This document shows positions 37,675-51,139 of a stretch of DNA of 64,000 nucleotides, in pieces; the first letter of the stretch is position 1; every line of letters starts with the position of its first letter. The DNA comes from Oopsacas minuta. Taxonomy: Eukaryota > Animalia > Porifera. The stretch covers positions 380,484-444,483 of the forward strand of contig JAKMXF010000308.1 in assembly GCA_024704765.1 (NCBI GenBank), given 5' to 3'. The position numbers and the translations under genes are program-made. The notes beneath the pieces are model-generated. The model was not told where the DNA came from, made no database searches, and saw nothing but the letters and a program-made list of their open reading frames with translations.

Positions 37675-40058
37675 CAGGGGTGCCCAACTCGATTTAATTG
37701 CGGGCCACATTGGCTTCCTCAATAGTTTGGTGGGCCACATGGACCAATTTATAATTTTCAGATTTATTTAGAGAAAATTTGTTGGAATATCCAAGTGGAA
37801 ATGCTACAGAAAGGGAACACACAAATGAAATATTGGCAGACTACAGAAAATGATCAAAAATACTAACTAATAAGAAACCCGAATACTCATTTTACCACCA
37901 CTAATACGAGTACAGACGATGATTTACTACTTTGACATGGATGACGATTGATGACGCATAGGTCTGACTATATGGTCGATGTTTTGTTCCATATCCGTAG
38001 TAGCTATTCTTAATGTATCTTCGAGATGTCTATCAGTTAAAACAGTTCTGCATTTGCTTTTTACTAGCTTCATTTGGGAGAACAGTTGTTCGCATATGTA
38101 TGTGCTCCCAAATAAACAAGCCATCATCTTACAATGCTTGACAAGATTGGGGTAATCTGATGATGATAAATACTTTTGATAAAAGTCCATAAGTGTGACA
38201 TCATTGAATTTTGCTTTCAAGTCCTGGTTACATTGCATGTCAACCAATTCTAGCTGGAGATGCTCGGGGAGTTCGATAGGTTCTAAAGAGAAAGGATTTG
38301 AGAATATAGCGAAGTTTACAATATTGCTACGAAGATCTTTAAATCTATTTTCGAATTCTTTGCACAGGGAATTGATTTCGATTGCGTATACACCTGTATC
38401 TGGAGGGGAATGTTTTGATAAGGTTTCAAAGTGATAAAGATTTCCTTCTATTAATTGTTTTTCCCATATCTCGAGCTTTCTTTCAAAAGCGCAAATGAAG
38501 TCAAACAAATTGTGAATAAGCAGATTTTTCCTTGTAATTTTGAGTTGAGGTTATTCAAATATTGAGTGATATCGGCCAAAAATGCCAAGTCACACAACCA
38601 TAATGGATCATTGAGATGAAAAACTGGTTTCCCCTTCTCCTCCATAAAATGAAATACTTCTTCTTTGAGTTCATAAAAGCGTCGAAGCATCGCACCCCTA
38701 CTTAACCATCGTACTTCCGTATAGTAAAGAAGGTCTCCATATTGAGAATTCATTTCGTCTAAAAGTTTTCGAAATTGTCGATGATTGAGTCCTCGAGCAC
38801 GAATGAAGTTGATAGCTTTCACTACTATTTCCATTACACCCTGCATTCTTAATGACTTTGAACAGAGATTTTCCTGGTGAATTATACAATGCACTTTGAC
38901 TAATTTCATAGTACTACTTCCTGAATTGATCCTTTCTTTCTCCAGAAGAGCAACGAAGCCCCTTTCCTTCCCAATCATTGATGGTGCGCCATCTGTCGTT
39001 ACCTCACATAAATTATTCAACTTAAGTCCGATAGCATCAATTCCATTCATCACCGCTTTATAAATATCAACTCCAGTTGTTTTATCGTGAAGGCTGTGTA
39101 AGTTCGCCAATTCTTCTGTAAGATTAAACTTTGAATCGATTCTTCTTACAAAAACAGCAAGTTGGGCAGTATCAGTGGCATCTGTGCTCTCATCAAGGGC
39201 CAGAGAATAGTACTGGAACTCACTCGCACGTTTTTCTAAAGTAAGTTTTAAGTCTGTTGATAAGTTCTCTATCCTACGGCTAATTGTCATTCTTGAGAGG
39301 CTAATGTTTTCAAATAACTTCTGTTTCTCTGGGCACATAATTTGCGCCAAAGTAATAACACACTCCTTGATAAATTCACCATCAGTAAATGGCTTATATT
39401 TCTTTGCAATAAGTTTGGAAATGGCAAAGCTTGCACGAACAGCTTTTTCTGACTCAGAATTAGTATTTGTAAAAATATTTTGCTGTACCGAAAGTTCCCT
39501 TATTAATGATTGTACTCTATCCTTCCGTATCTGCCCTGAGCATGCTTTGTAATCTTGATGTTTAGCACTATAGTGTCTTTGGATGTTGTACTCTTTCATC
39601 ACTGCGATGACCTGCTTGCATATTAAGCAAGTTGGTGAAAAAGTATTTCTCGGTCCAGCTGTCGTTGAAAGTTCTACTCTCGATATCAACTTTCCTTTTC
39701 TTAGAACAAGGCTCCATTAATATAAATGATATATATATTCTACAGGTAATTTAGGAGATGAGTAAACGCAGTATCTGAATTTCAATTATAAGCTTAGAAT
39801 TATACTAGTTTATATTTATACACCGCTAAGGATTATTATTACTAAACACATGCACCTGTCGTGTATTAAAATGAATAAGAATCCTCAAAATGTCAAATAC
39901 ATTGAAATTCGACACCCAGTATGAATGCTATAGAAATGTGGCTTAGGAATTGTTCATGAAGAAATAGTATATATTACAAAGTGCAAATTTTGTGCAGGCC
40001 GGATAAAATTATTACGCGGGCCAGATTTGGCCCGCGGGCCGTATGTTGGGCACCCCTG
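37675..40058 (-). mobile_element. hAT Charlie/SPIN/Buster-like transposon (GTF2IRD2-like transposase)
   Basis: Perfect 14-bp TIR CAGGGGTGCCCAAC; perfect 8-bp TSD CTGTAGGG (37667-37674, 40059-40066). Confidence 0.96.
37927..39717 (-). pseudogene. hAT transposase, nearly complete, two frameshifts
   Basis: MEPCSKKRKVD…, PTCLICK, SLALDESTD, TTDGAPSM, CIIHQ, EVRWLSRG, FGSTYICEQLFS; frameshifts near 39635 and 38510. Confidence 0.93.
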
Positions 40059-41022
40059 CTGTAGGGGATAAATTTTACCGCATGTACTTCTAATGAGGGT
40101 ATGAATATCAGAATCGGAAAATCTATCTGGTTTCACATATTTAGTTATAGAATTTAAATATTCTGATCCTCATTGAATGTACTATGGGTGCAAATTATCC
40201 CTATTATGATCCATGATCCTAATATGAATCCTAATTGAGGAGGCATTTTCTCACTGCTGGTTTCATTAATGGTAAATATGTAATATGTATTAGATAATGA
40301 AAATATTGGTTCAAGTAATTTGTAATAGTACTTATATTATTTCTTATGGCAAGTTTGAATGGAGAGAACTGGTGTTATCGATGTACACTACATCGGCGAA
40401 TGTAATTGTTATGCCATAATTTAATAGTTCCGTTTGCTGTAAATATTTATATAGATGTATAAGCACGGTATTGCATAAAGTATAGAACATAATTTGGCAT
40501 AGGGGAACCAGTTGGATTGAAGGATGAAATATTACATTTTCTGTACATGTTATTAATTAATGAGTCATTAAGTATTCTCCTAGTGACAGACTCAATTCTA
40601 AATTCCTACATTCTTTGAACCGTGTTCATACATATTAAATCAACGTTTCAAAGTGGAAGATGCAAGTAGTATGGTGTAATCTATGCATGCATGCACACTC
40701 TGGTGTTTAGACATAATTTGACAGTTCATGATAGCACACAGGGAAATAATTGAATGTTGGTATAATTTTATGTATGTATTGTTTCCCTTTATTCTTCAGT
40801 TTCTAATGATATGGAAGAATTGACTATGGTTTTTAGCATTTACACCTTCAGAATTTCATTAGTAAACAATGGAGCTTTGGATTCTAGATCATAAAGCTGA
40901 AATATAATTTCTACTGGTATAAGATAATTCTATTGGATTAATTATTAACAATACATAATTACAATTAATTTGTTGATCGTTATTGATTTATTAAAGATCT
41001 TGAAGAATATTTTGAATTGCAG

Positions 41023-44000
41023 CAATAGATTACTTTAATAAAGGACTGTGGGCTATCAGCTCGGGTCTTGAAACTTTGGTCCATTATGTATTTATCGAGA
41101 TCTCGTAAACTGCTATAGTTAGATACCCCAAATGTGTTATTATTGAATAGGAAGTTATACTTTAGGGCCTATTGGTCACGTTGCCTTACCTGAAAGATTT
41201 GTGGAATGTGAATTATGCGGTTTTCACACCTTTCTATACTATGTTAATAATGTCGAAATATCGCTTCCATTTAGAGTTAGACATGATAAGTGTGTTATTA
41301 TACAATGGGAATTCATGGGTAAGGAGTCATTTAGTCACATTTCCCTACCTCAAATATTTGTGGAATGTGAGTTATGCGGTTTCACACCTCCATATAAGGT
41401 AAAATCGTGAATATTTCGTAATTGGTACGAGTTAGGTATTGCAAATCTATAATTATCTTGTAGTCTATTAGTTTAGCAGAACATTAGCATGCCAAAGCGT
41501 TGTGCAGCTTACAATTGTCGGGGTAATTATATAGGTGAACCTCATACTCCAGTTGTAAGTTTTCTTACCGATGATGATGAACGGAAAAGATGGATTGAGA
41601 CAATGCCAAATGATCCCGGTAGTTTCACTGATGGAAAAGAAATGTTTGTATGTGCGTCACATTTTGAATACAAATGAGTCACTGTAAGCGGCCGATTGGA
41701 CCTCCTACCTATTTTAAGGGAGTAGCAAAATCCTGCCTGAAGTAAACCTTGACATATCCCAGGCCAACCAAGAAGGCTTCCTCGGATGTATGTGAAAAAT
41801 TGTAAAAGAAATATCAAGACAAATTTGTAGGATTGATAACTTTTCATCTTTTACAAACGAGGCAGCAGCACGTTATACCTCGTTTAGTGTCAGAAGCAAA
41901 TGCAGGGAAATGACAATGTTAAGTTGGATGATCTCTGTAGAAAGGTTGTTCAATTTATCTATTTCAAGGAAAGTGAATCACCTTTTGTTTTGTTGCACTA
42001 GTGGAGGCAGAGAAAGATGGCTACGCGATTCCCAAACGTTATTTCAGTCTACAGAAGAATAACCTTCTTCATAGATGGTCTCGAGTTGATGAAATACTTT
42101 CTACTGTGGAGAATTATCAAGCGTCTAATTCTGATCATTTGGCGAAAGTCATGTACGAGTTAAAACAAATGATATCGGAAGTGCAAGAATGTCTACAATT
42201 TCAGTCCCTAGGGTGCAACTCGACAACCTCTTGACGCCCTACAATAATATCCGCTACACAAAGCATCTGCTTATTCTGGCTGGAGAACTTCTATGTATCT
42301 CTCCAGCAGCATACAGGATGTTAAGAAATTCAAGAACTATTATCCTTCCTTGGGAGAGATTACTTCGAGATTAGATGACGCGCAGCTTTCCGAACAACGA
42401 ATTGCCTCGCATATTTGAAGTTCTCAAATCAGAGCAACGTTTTGTCAACATTTTGTCAACATTTTGTTCGATGAAGTAAAGCTATTTAAAACAAGTCGCT
42501 TCAGTACAGGTCACATTATTGGCATGCCAGTGAACAAGCCACCTCAGCCATTTGTACCGAAGTTGTTTGTCATTAAGGAGGGTCACGTTTGGTATTTGGT
42601 ATCCACCCAGTGAAGAACATAAATTCAGCGGATCTCCAAATAATTTTGTTGGAAATTATGGAAGTCATGAAAAAGAGTGGTGTGAGACCAATATCCTTTA
42701 TCTGTGATAACCGCCCGCTAAATCAAGAAGTATATAAATACTTGTGTTCCAGGAAGAGTGGTGTTGGATGGAATCGAAGTATTTCTCTTCTATGATTTCT
42801 TACACATAATGAAAAATTTGCGAAACAATTGGATAACAGATAAACTTCAGGAGTTATCATTTGTAGAGGACAGTATAGAATACCTCGCATATTGGAAAGA
42901 TATTTAAGCACTTTATGAAGAGGACAAAAAATGCCCACTATCACTCAAAAAGCTTTCACATACATCAGTATTTCCTAAAACTCTCCAACGACAGGGCGTA
43001 CCACTAGTCTGTCAAGTATTTCACGAGAAGACTGTTGTAACATTAAGAAGCTTTGAAAAATACAGTAAATCCCCAGGAAGGGACTTTTAGGTTAATCACA
43101 ATGGTCACAAATTGGTTTAAAATGGTGAATGTGATGGATAAGTTTGGGGCAATCAATCTACGGGATCCATTTGGAGCTCCATGGACACTCAACTGCGAAA
43201 ACTTCGACAAGCTGTTAGCAATGTGTGATTTGATAGGTTCCTGTCGCCGGGAAGGTGGCAAATATAGGCAGAGAAAGATAACAAAATTTACTGCTTATGC
43301 TTTCATAGTAACGACAAAGTTCAGCGTTGCCGCCGCCACGTATCTGTTAACTCATCACCAATTCGAAATTGTCCTTCCTGCTGTTTTTTCTCAAGATCCT
43401 CTGGAAAAGTTTTTCGGACAATCCAGGCAACGACACGGTGGTAACTTCTACATTGATGTAGTAGATGTTATCTCTGCATACAAGGCACATCGATTGCATC
43501 AGATGCTGAAATTTAATATCATTCCACAAGGTTGTCTGGAGTGGAAATGCTTATGTTGTACAGCACCTATCGTATTAGAGGATATAGATGTCATGCTGGA
43601 GACAAGTACAGAAGACACGCAAACACTCCTTGATTCCACTGACACTCTTAAACATAAAGTAGTCTTCATTGTAGGATTCTTAACATATAAACACCTAGGG
43701 CCGGGAGAGGGAGATGAGGTATCAAGTGAATTCTTGCAAGAGCTTGACAGAGGAGGGTTGAGAGTGCCTACATTAAACACCACATGTTTTGTATACATAG
43801 CCATCAATCTCCTCGGAAAGCTTCCTGGATCAAAACACAGATAGCGAGTGTCCATAATGAAAATTATTTCATATGTGGATAGTCCTCTTGTGGAAAAATG
43901 GGAGATGAGTTGTACTTTTGTTAATACCTACTAAAAGCTCAAGTCAATCACACAAGTGATCGGAAGTAACAGTATGGCTGTCTTCGAAGGAAGGAGAAAC

Positions 44001-44405
44001 TTCAATAGCTTATTTACAAATTTTGTCTTTGTCATCCTTATATTTGAATGTGTGAAACCGCATAACTCATATTCCACAAATATTTGAGGTAAGGAGATGT
44101 GACTAAATGACTCCTTACCCATGAATTCCCATTATATAATAACACATTTATCATGTCTAACTCTAACTGAAGCGATATTTTTGACATTATTAACATAATG
44201 TAGAAAAGTGTGAAACCGCATGACTCACATTCCACAAATCTTTCAGGTAAGGCAACATGACCGATAGGCTCTGAAAGTATACCTTCATATTCAATAATAA
44301 CAAATTTGTGGTATCTAACTATAGCGGTTTACGAGATCTCGATAAAGGACCCAAGTTCCAAGACTCGAGCTTGCAGCCCACAGTCCTTTATTAAAGTAGT
44401 CTATG
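41023..44405 (+). mobile_element. P-superfamily transposon with ~360 bp TIRs (Galileo-like)
   Basis: Arms 41023-41387 and 44050-44405; CATAGACTACTTTAATAAAGG terminus; internal direct repeat at 159 bp spacing; flanks ATTGCAG / ATTGCGA. Confidence 0.9.
41489..44008 (+). pseudogene. THAP-domain P-element transposase, disrupted
   Basis: MPKRCAAYNC…W…VCASHF THAP domain; FDEVKL, ICDNRPLN, YDFLHIMKNLRNNW, FSQDPLEKFFGQSRQRHGGNF. Confidence 0.92.
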
Positions 44406-45226
44406 ATTGCGAAAATAAGTATAATACTTAAACATACTCTCTTTCTAGATATCACAACTATTTTAAGGCTCTCTATTTCTTTCAATATATTAATTCAACT
44501 CATCATTATACCTAACAAGTAGCAACTCTACCGAAGGATATTAATTATCTACATTAAATATTTTTTATATTTTGAAGCTTGGACTGTAGAAAATAATTTA
44601 ATGAATTTACTTTACAAAGACGTCCCTAACTATAATTATTTGTTGAAATAGGTTACAATGGAACTATGACAAGTATGACAATTGGCTTCATACACGTACT
44701 TATCATCTAAGCATGTGTTGTATAGTTTATGCAATAATTACCATACGAAGCAACTGAGGAAAATTGAGAAAAAATAATGTAATAAATCATAGAAAAGTAC
44801 TAGCGTAAGTTTTAGGAAGTTGAATAATAAGATACGAAAGAACGTATCGATAAATTTTGAAGGGGTTCAGAAGAGAAATACCTTCAAAATTGATCTCAAA
44901 GTTAGAATACCTAGTACACGAAAAAGTATTTATCGATTTTGCACGTTGCTGCCAATACCGTTTAGTGTTTCACGAAAATTTCGAAATTTTTATGCACTTC
45001 TATATCTCAACTATCGAGTAGCATAAAAATAATTAAAATCAGTCGGATTTAGGGTAAGAAATATGAGTTTGAATTGACCTTACTTTATGTAGAATATGAT
45101 TCATCTCTCACTCCAGACTTAAAAATTGATTTCCTCTAGCTCGCGAGTTATTAATAATTTTTAATGAAATTGATTTTCATAAACATCCATATGCCCAAAG
45201 TATACATGTAGAATTATAAAATTGAA

Positions 45227-46430
45227 CATAGACTACTATATCATGCAGATAGGAAAGTTGTCGGGCAACGGATAAAAACGAGAGGCCATTTATATAAATC
45301 CCATAAAAGTTAAATTAACCCTTCAAAATTTGTGAACTGAACTTATTTAGGGTTAGAAAATGCAAGAAATTAGTTAAAACCGCCTAAATAGTTCGAACGG
45401 CCATCCTTAATCTCTTTTAGGCGCCATTTATGCGATGATATTAGCATTTTTATAATTTGACTATTTTCTCTAATATATTGTAAAAAATATATTTTATTAA
45501 CTTTATAATAATATTCGTTGAATTCGTACATTTACTTCACACTCAAGTTAAATCCATGTTTTAAAGACAGCTTAATGGAAGAAAAATTCTGAATTACAGT
45601 CGACTCCGCTTAATCGGGTCACTTTCGTTCCAGAGCATTTTGACCCGATTAAGCGGAGAACCCAAAAATCCGAAAATATACAATATATAGATGGGTAATT
45701 GTATAAAATCATGGCAAAGACATCCCTACAGTGGTAGTACTATGGTTTTATCTAATACAACTAGTATCGATATGTAAATTATTCGGGAAGAACACATCAA
45801 GTGTAATTTGCTTCTTGCTTGATAACACTCTATTGAAAACCTCCTCTGCATAGAAAATTTGACCCAATTATACTGAGTTTTTTACCCGATTAACCGAATT
45901 TTTGACTCGATTAATCGAAAATATTTTGTATTAGCTCTATGGGCATGATTTCGTTCCAAGAAGAAGTGACCCAATTAAGCGGCTGACCCGATTAACCGGA
46001 GTCGACTGTATTTCATGGACATGTAATAATATAGTTATCTAAAATAGATTTATGAATTTTGAAATATACGATATTAAGATGTGATCCGAATCCTATTCCA
46101 ATGAAAACGTGCTAATTATTCATACCATATTAATAAATAGGGGGACATTAATTCATCGAAATACAAGAATTTCAAAAAGTTAAAATATTCTATTTTAATG
46201 AATATTTGTGTGAATTTTTGATGTCGTGATTTGAACGCGCTTAAACAAGATGAAGATGGCCGTTTGAACCTTTTAGGTAGTCTTAACTGATTCCTTACAA
46301 TTTCGGACCCTTAAAAGTTCAATTCACAAATTTTGAAGGGTTAATTTAACTTTTATGAGATTTATAAAAGGCCTCTCTTATTTATTCGTTGCTTGGCTAC
46401 TTTCTTATCTGTATTATATAGTAGCCTATG
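45227..46430. mobile_element. P/Galileo-type foldback MITE with ~200 bp arms and 7-bp TSD
   Basis: Ends CATAGACTACTATAT / ATATAGTAGCCTATG; TSD AATTGAA / AATCGAA; empty site at ~31616-31650. Confidence 0.85.
45597..46008. mobile_element. pogo/Tigger-type MITE
   Basis: TIR CAGTCGACTCCG(C/G)TTAATCGGGTCA; TA at 45595-45596 and 46009-46010; internal GACCCGATTAA motif repeats. Confidence 0.92.
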
Positions 46431-47149
46431 AATCGAATTATGACTTTTAGGTGTGTAAATTCAAGGAAATCGTGACTCTAAAAATGTTAACCAAAAAGCA
46501 AAAAGTAAAATTTTTTGATCAAAACATATTGTGTAAAACATCCAATTCACCTCTTTCCAATGATAGTAATTTGGTCAAATCTGATTAGTATAAGTGAGTC
46601 AAATTAGTTACTAAAGTGATCCGAGTCGAATAGTCTACTAACTTCTTCATTTAATTTTTCAAAATATATCAAAAAGTATTAAATATCTTAAAAATATATA
46701 TTAAATACATAATCCACCAAGCATCAATAGTATGTAAAGAAAACTTATATCAAAATAATGTTGAGAAGCCGGTCAAATAACACATTATAGTTAGCACGTT
46801 TGGAAATATTTTCAGAACCTTAATGTTAAGTAATCACATATATATACATACAATCCAGACGACATTTGCACCAACGATATACTTTCGGATACTAACAAGT
46901 TTTTTTCTAGCTATACGGAAAGTCGATCAAATGAACTATTGAATTGAACTTGTTTTTTTGTTTGAATTGGCTACTAACTTCTTGGCTATTTTTATACAAA
47001 TCAAAAATGTGTATTACAAAAGTTTGAAGAAACCCTTTGTTCAGGTTCTCTATGCCAAATTATATGTCTCGATTTGAGGTAAAGTAAGGCCAGGGATCTC
47101 AAATTTTTATACATATCTAATTATCCCTCTGTAATTGTTCATATTATTG

Positions 47150-47340
47150 CTTAATTAGTATAGCTATACCCCACTTTTCATACCCTGATAGTACATTTTG
47201 ATATGATGTCTCTGATTGTTATTGCGTAATGTAAATAATTACTATATAAGGGCATATTGGGCATTACGTGATATTAGTGAGAGTTATCATATCGAAATGT
47301 ATAGTCAGGTTCTGGGAGTCGGGTATACACTATACAGTGG
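47150..47340. repeat. Short dispersed repeat family Z (also ~53820-54000 and ~60410-60570)
   Basis: Shared GAGA(G/T)ATCATATCGAAATG core with an inverted partner CATTTTGATATGAT; boundaries approximate. Confidence 0.5.
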
Positions 47341-47794
47341 CTAATTTGGTAATAACATGAACGATTACCGAGTTGTAATTCGATATTCATTAAATGTGCG
47401 ATCCCTTATCTCTCCTGCAACTCAAGAACCAGCCAACTTTCTGTATATCAGATTTTTGAAAACTTGTGTAAAGGTATCTATAGATCATTTCATGTATTCA
47501 CCTTGATACGAAAGATGGAATATTTAACGTTCTATTAGGTCTCAAAGATGGCATATTTTGGCAAATAAATGCTTATTTACACACATTTTGGCAAATTCTT
47601 GAAATTCTTTAGCATATAATGATTGATGATATGTTGCTCTACAGATATGAGTTACATTTATTCGGATAAAAATGTACCGATTCTGTAGTATATATCTTAC
47701 ATAATATTTGCACTATTGGCTAACCTATCCCTAGTCCAAATCCACACTTTACTGTTAGTCCTTATGTATAGTAGGCTATTGTTGTGATTATATA

Positions 47795-48294
47795 CTGGCA
47801 GCCTTCACCGTTCGCGGTTTCGACAATTGTCGGTGATGTTTTGTCTTGTTTTGTTCGCTCCCTACTATTTGCGGTTTACCTACACACATCATCAATTTGC
47901 TACAAATAGTTGTAATATATATTTACTAACAGCATCACAGGTATTGAGTTTTTATTTTCCTATTTGCATTATACATGTCATGTAACTATTGCAGTTTTCA
48001 TATATGTTAAGAATACAAAGCTTTTTTCAAGAAACATTATTTCCATTCTTTGCCCACGGCCCCAAGTATCAAATCTCTTGATTTCGAACTAAATTTGTTA
48101 ACAAACCTATAATTTCACTCACAACTATTATCTATTATTAACTTTTATTGTGTTCAGTAGCACTGTTTGTGTCTTGTCCTCGAATCTAGGAACGAACCCC
48201 ACTATTCTCATTTGTTTTAAGTCTCACCGTTCGCGAATTTGTCGTTCACTAAAATTTACAGGATCGTAATCTCCGAGAACGGTGGGTATAATTG
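47795..48294. mobile_element. Degenerate pogo/Tigger-type MITE
   Basis: TA-flanked ends sharing CACCGTTC(G/T)CGG in inverted orientation. Confidence 0.5.
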
Positions 48295-48639
48295 TATGCT
48301 GACCATCATAAATATATGAAAATCATTGAATTCCTATTATCGAAACTGGCAACAGGCGTGCCTTTGTCTACATATACTATTTGACATAGATCAACCTATG
48401 TGACCATGTTAAAGGGCATCGTTCAAGCGTAATATATCAATATCTTTCCAATTATATATTTTCTAACTAATCCTAGCAAATTAAATCAATTATGACCTCA
48501 TTAATTATCACATTGTTGCTAGCACAAATGACCTATGAAATCCACAAATTCTGTAACCATTTTTGAGTTCTACGGGTCTGTTTGTCCCTAAGATTACTAT
48601 TTTGAAACGTTAAGGAGAAAGTTGCAGAGTTATTAACAT

Positions 48640-49500
48640 AGTTATTTTGGGAAAAAAATTAATTTGTTGGTAAACATCCAAAAGTCACAAGGACCTATGT
48701 CTGCCGAGCATGGAGGATGCTCAGGTATTTCATTCCAATCCCTTCATAATACTCGATTACCCCTTTGACTTTATCACTGGATGCATTATCTTGCTACAGC
48801 TGTATTCCTTTGTCTCCACTTTTAGCCCCCTCTAGGTAATCTCAATAGCTGATAATCTGAGTGTTGTAAAAGTCCATTAACTCGCTCACCTTTGAGTACA
48901 CCAAATCTGAGCTACTTGGCCATACTTATAGAAAGCAATTGTATACTTTACTTTCTTTGCTCTAAAGTCTGGAGGGATTTTTTGGTCTTGGTTCGCTTCG
49001 ATCTAGCCAACATTTACAATTTTCTTTAGATGACTCCTGAGAATAATACATCCTGCTTTTTCGACCTGTAGCAACAGATTCTTGCAACATTTGGGCGCGT
49101 TTTCCTTCTGACCTTAGATACTAACTATGGGACCCACCTGGCACAAACCCAAATTTTCAGTCTATATGCAGTTCCCAGTATGCTCTCAGAGCGACATATC
49201 TCCTCAATTTGAACAGCAAGGGTCGTTGGATAAATTTTCTTGACTTTATTGATCGAAACTTCTGTGATCGCCGTTTGAGGCCGCCAGACCAAGGGTCATC
49301 TTTGATATTTAGCAGAGTTTACCTTAACACTATGTATCTGGTGAACCAAAGATCCTTTCAACTCTTAAGAGGATCAAAAGGGTCATTTCACAAGTATTTC
49401 ACCTCAATAGTTCATCTAAGGTTTACCACCTGGCGAAACTTTAGTCCTCTTCTCTTTAATCATTTTCGTTCGGAATCTTCTTCTTTGTATATAACAGAAA
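48640..49500 (-). pseudogene. mariner (DD34D-type) transposase relic
   Basis: IKDDPWSG, CARWVP, QDNASS…EHPPCSADIGPCDFWMF (mariner YSPDLAP(S/C)DF motif). Confidence 0.78.
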
Positions 49501-49762
49501 ATTTTCATTTTCATTCCATTAGTCGAGAAATACGCAATAAATTATTCAAGATAATGACTATCAATGAATATAGTGAAGTGATGTTTTGATTTATAATCCA
49601 AAATATAATTTTTGAACAAGTCAATTATTCTTCTGAAAATTTGTGAAAAATTGAATTTTGTAGTATATTGATTATATTATAATACTTTGATTATAATTAA
49701 TTTGATTATACTCAGGATCGTTATTATTTAGTGGGTATTTCCAAAGATTATTTGAATGTTTA

Positions 49763-51057
49763 CAGGTTGGGGCATAAGTTCTGTCCGATACTAACTTGGA
49801 TATATTTTATCCAAAAATATTCTGATTACGATAAAACTTCATAATCGTGTTTACTACATCGGTTAAATTTACATAATATCATCATGTTCGATATAGCCAC
49901 CTTTCTTAGAAATAACAGCCTGAAGTCTGGGTTGGAATCGGGATACGGCGCGCCGGAAGTGATCCTGAGGGTTTTTCAACAATTCTCGTTGCAAACAAGC
50001 TTTCAATGAGTCAATACTCGTATGAGATTTGGCGCAGGCCTTTTGCTCAAGAATGGACCAGACACAATAATCCATGAGATTCATATCGGGGCTGGAAAGT
50101 GGCCATTCTTCTTTGGAAATAAAGTCGATTTTTTGGTCCCGAAACCACTGCTGAGTAGCATTAGCTGTGTGAGCTGGTGACCATCTTGCTGGAAGGTATA
50201 ATTTGTATTTCTAAATTATTTACGACTTGTAGCTTTCACTTCAGCATCCACTATCAGTTCGCGGTCAGTTTAGCATTAATTTTTACACCTGAAGGGACAA
50301 ATATGAGATTCGTCCCAGAAATTTGAGGAGATACCAGCCCAAAGCATGACTAAGACCTGGGAATACATCGAAGGCATTGTGGTATCTTTCGAACACTGGT
50401 AGACAAAATACTATCGTTTTGACTACTACTTACCTCTTCTACAGTAAATAGCTTCTTATCAGTAAATAGTATGCGGTCCACAACTGAAAGTGCGGCACGC
50501 AATAACAATAGTCTGCATCTTTGCTGCCTCTTTTCTCTAATAGTCCTTGTAAGCATATGAACCTTCCTTCCTTTGAGAGACTTTAATTCTAGGTCATCAT
50601 ACAGAAGGCGTCAAAGCGATCTCGAGCTTACTCCAAAGTCTCTGGCCATTTTTCGCTTCGAACGTCGGGGATTTCGCGCAATTCTCTTCTTGACCTTTTG
50701 TTGCAGGCATTTAGTCCTAGTAGTACGTCGACGTCCACTTCTAGCTCTGTCTTGCATGTTTCCAGTCTCCCTATATCGTTTGACAGTGCGATAGACTAAT
50801 TTCCCTCAAATTTCATCCTCTTTGAAGATTTACAAATTTCGGTTACAGATTTCGCCCTTGAAATAAGCCTATAATTTTGGCTCTTTTGGTTTCCATAACT
50901 GTAATATGAAAAGTATTTAAGATGATCCCGAAATCAGTATTGCAATCAAATAGAGATATATCAGTATACTTTATGGGCTGATTTCATTCTAGTTAATCAA
51001 TTATTATTCAGTTAAAAAGTATATCAAACTATGGGACAGAAATTATGCCCCACCCTG
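49763..51057 (-). mobile_element. Tc1/mariner DD37D-type transposon, full length, defective
   Basis: TIR CAGG(T/G)TGGGGCATAA(G/T)TTCTGTCC; TA both sides; ORF remnants 50896-49869 with ILFTDKKLF, SSPDMNLMDYCVW. Confidence 0.9.
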
Positions 51058-51139
51058 TAATTTAATTTTGTTACATGATGCAGGAACACAAATCTTATTG
51101 ATGTGGCGTTCAGAAAATCATAACATCTGTTGTTATAGA

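Larger units (their letters stand above)
44820..46640 (-). repeat. Dispersed repeat family Y, copy 2 (interrupted by foldback element)
   Basis: Collinear with 31420-32045 once 45227-46437 is removed. Confidence 0.75.
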
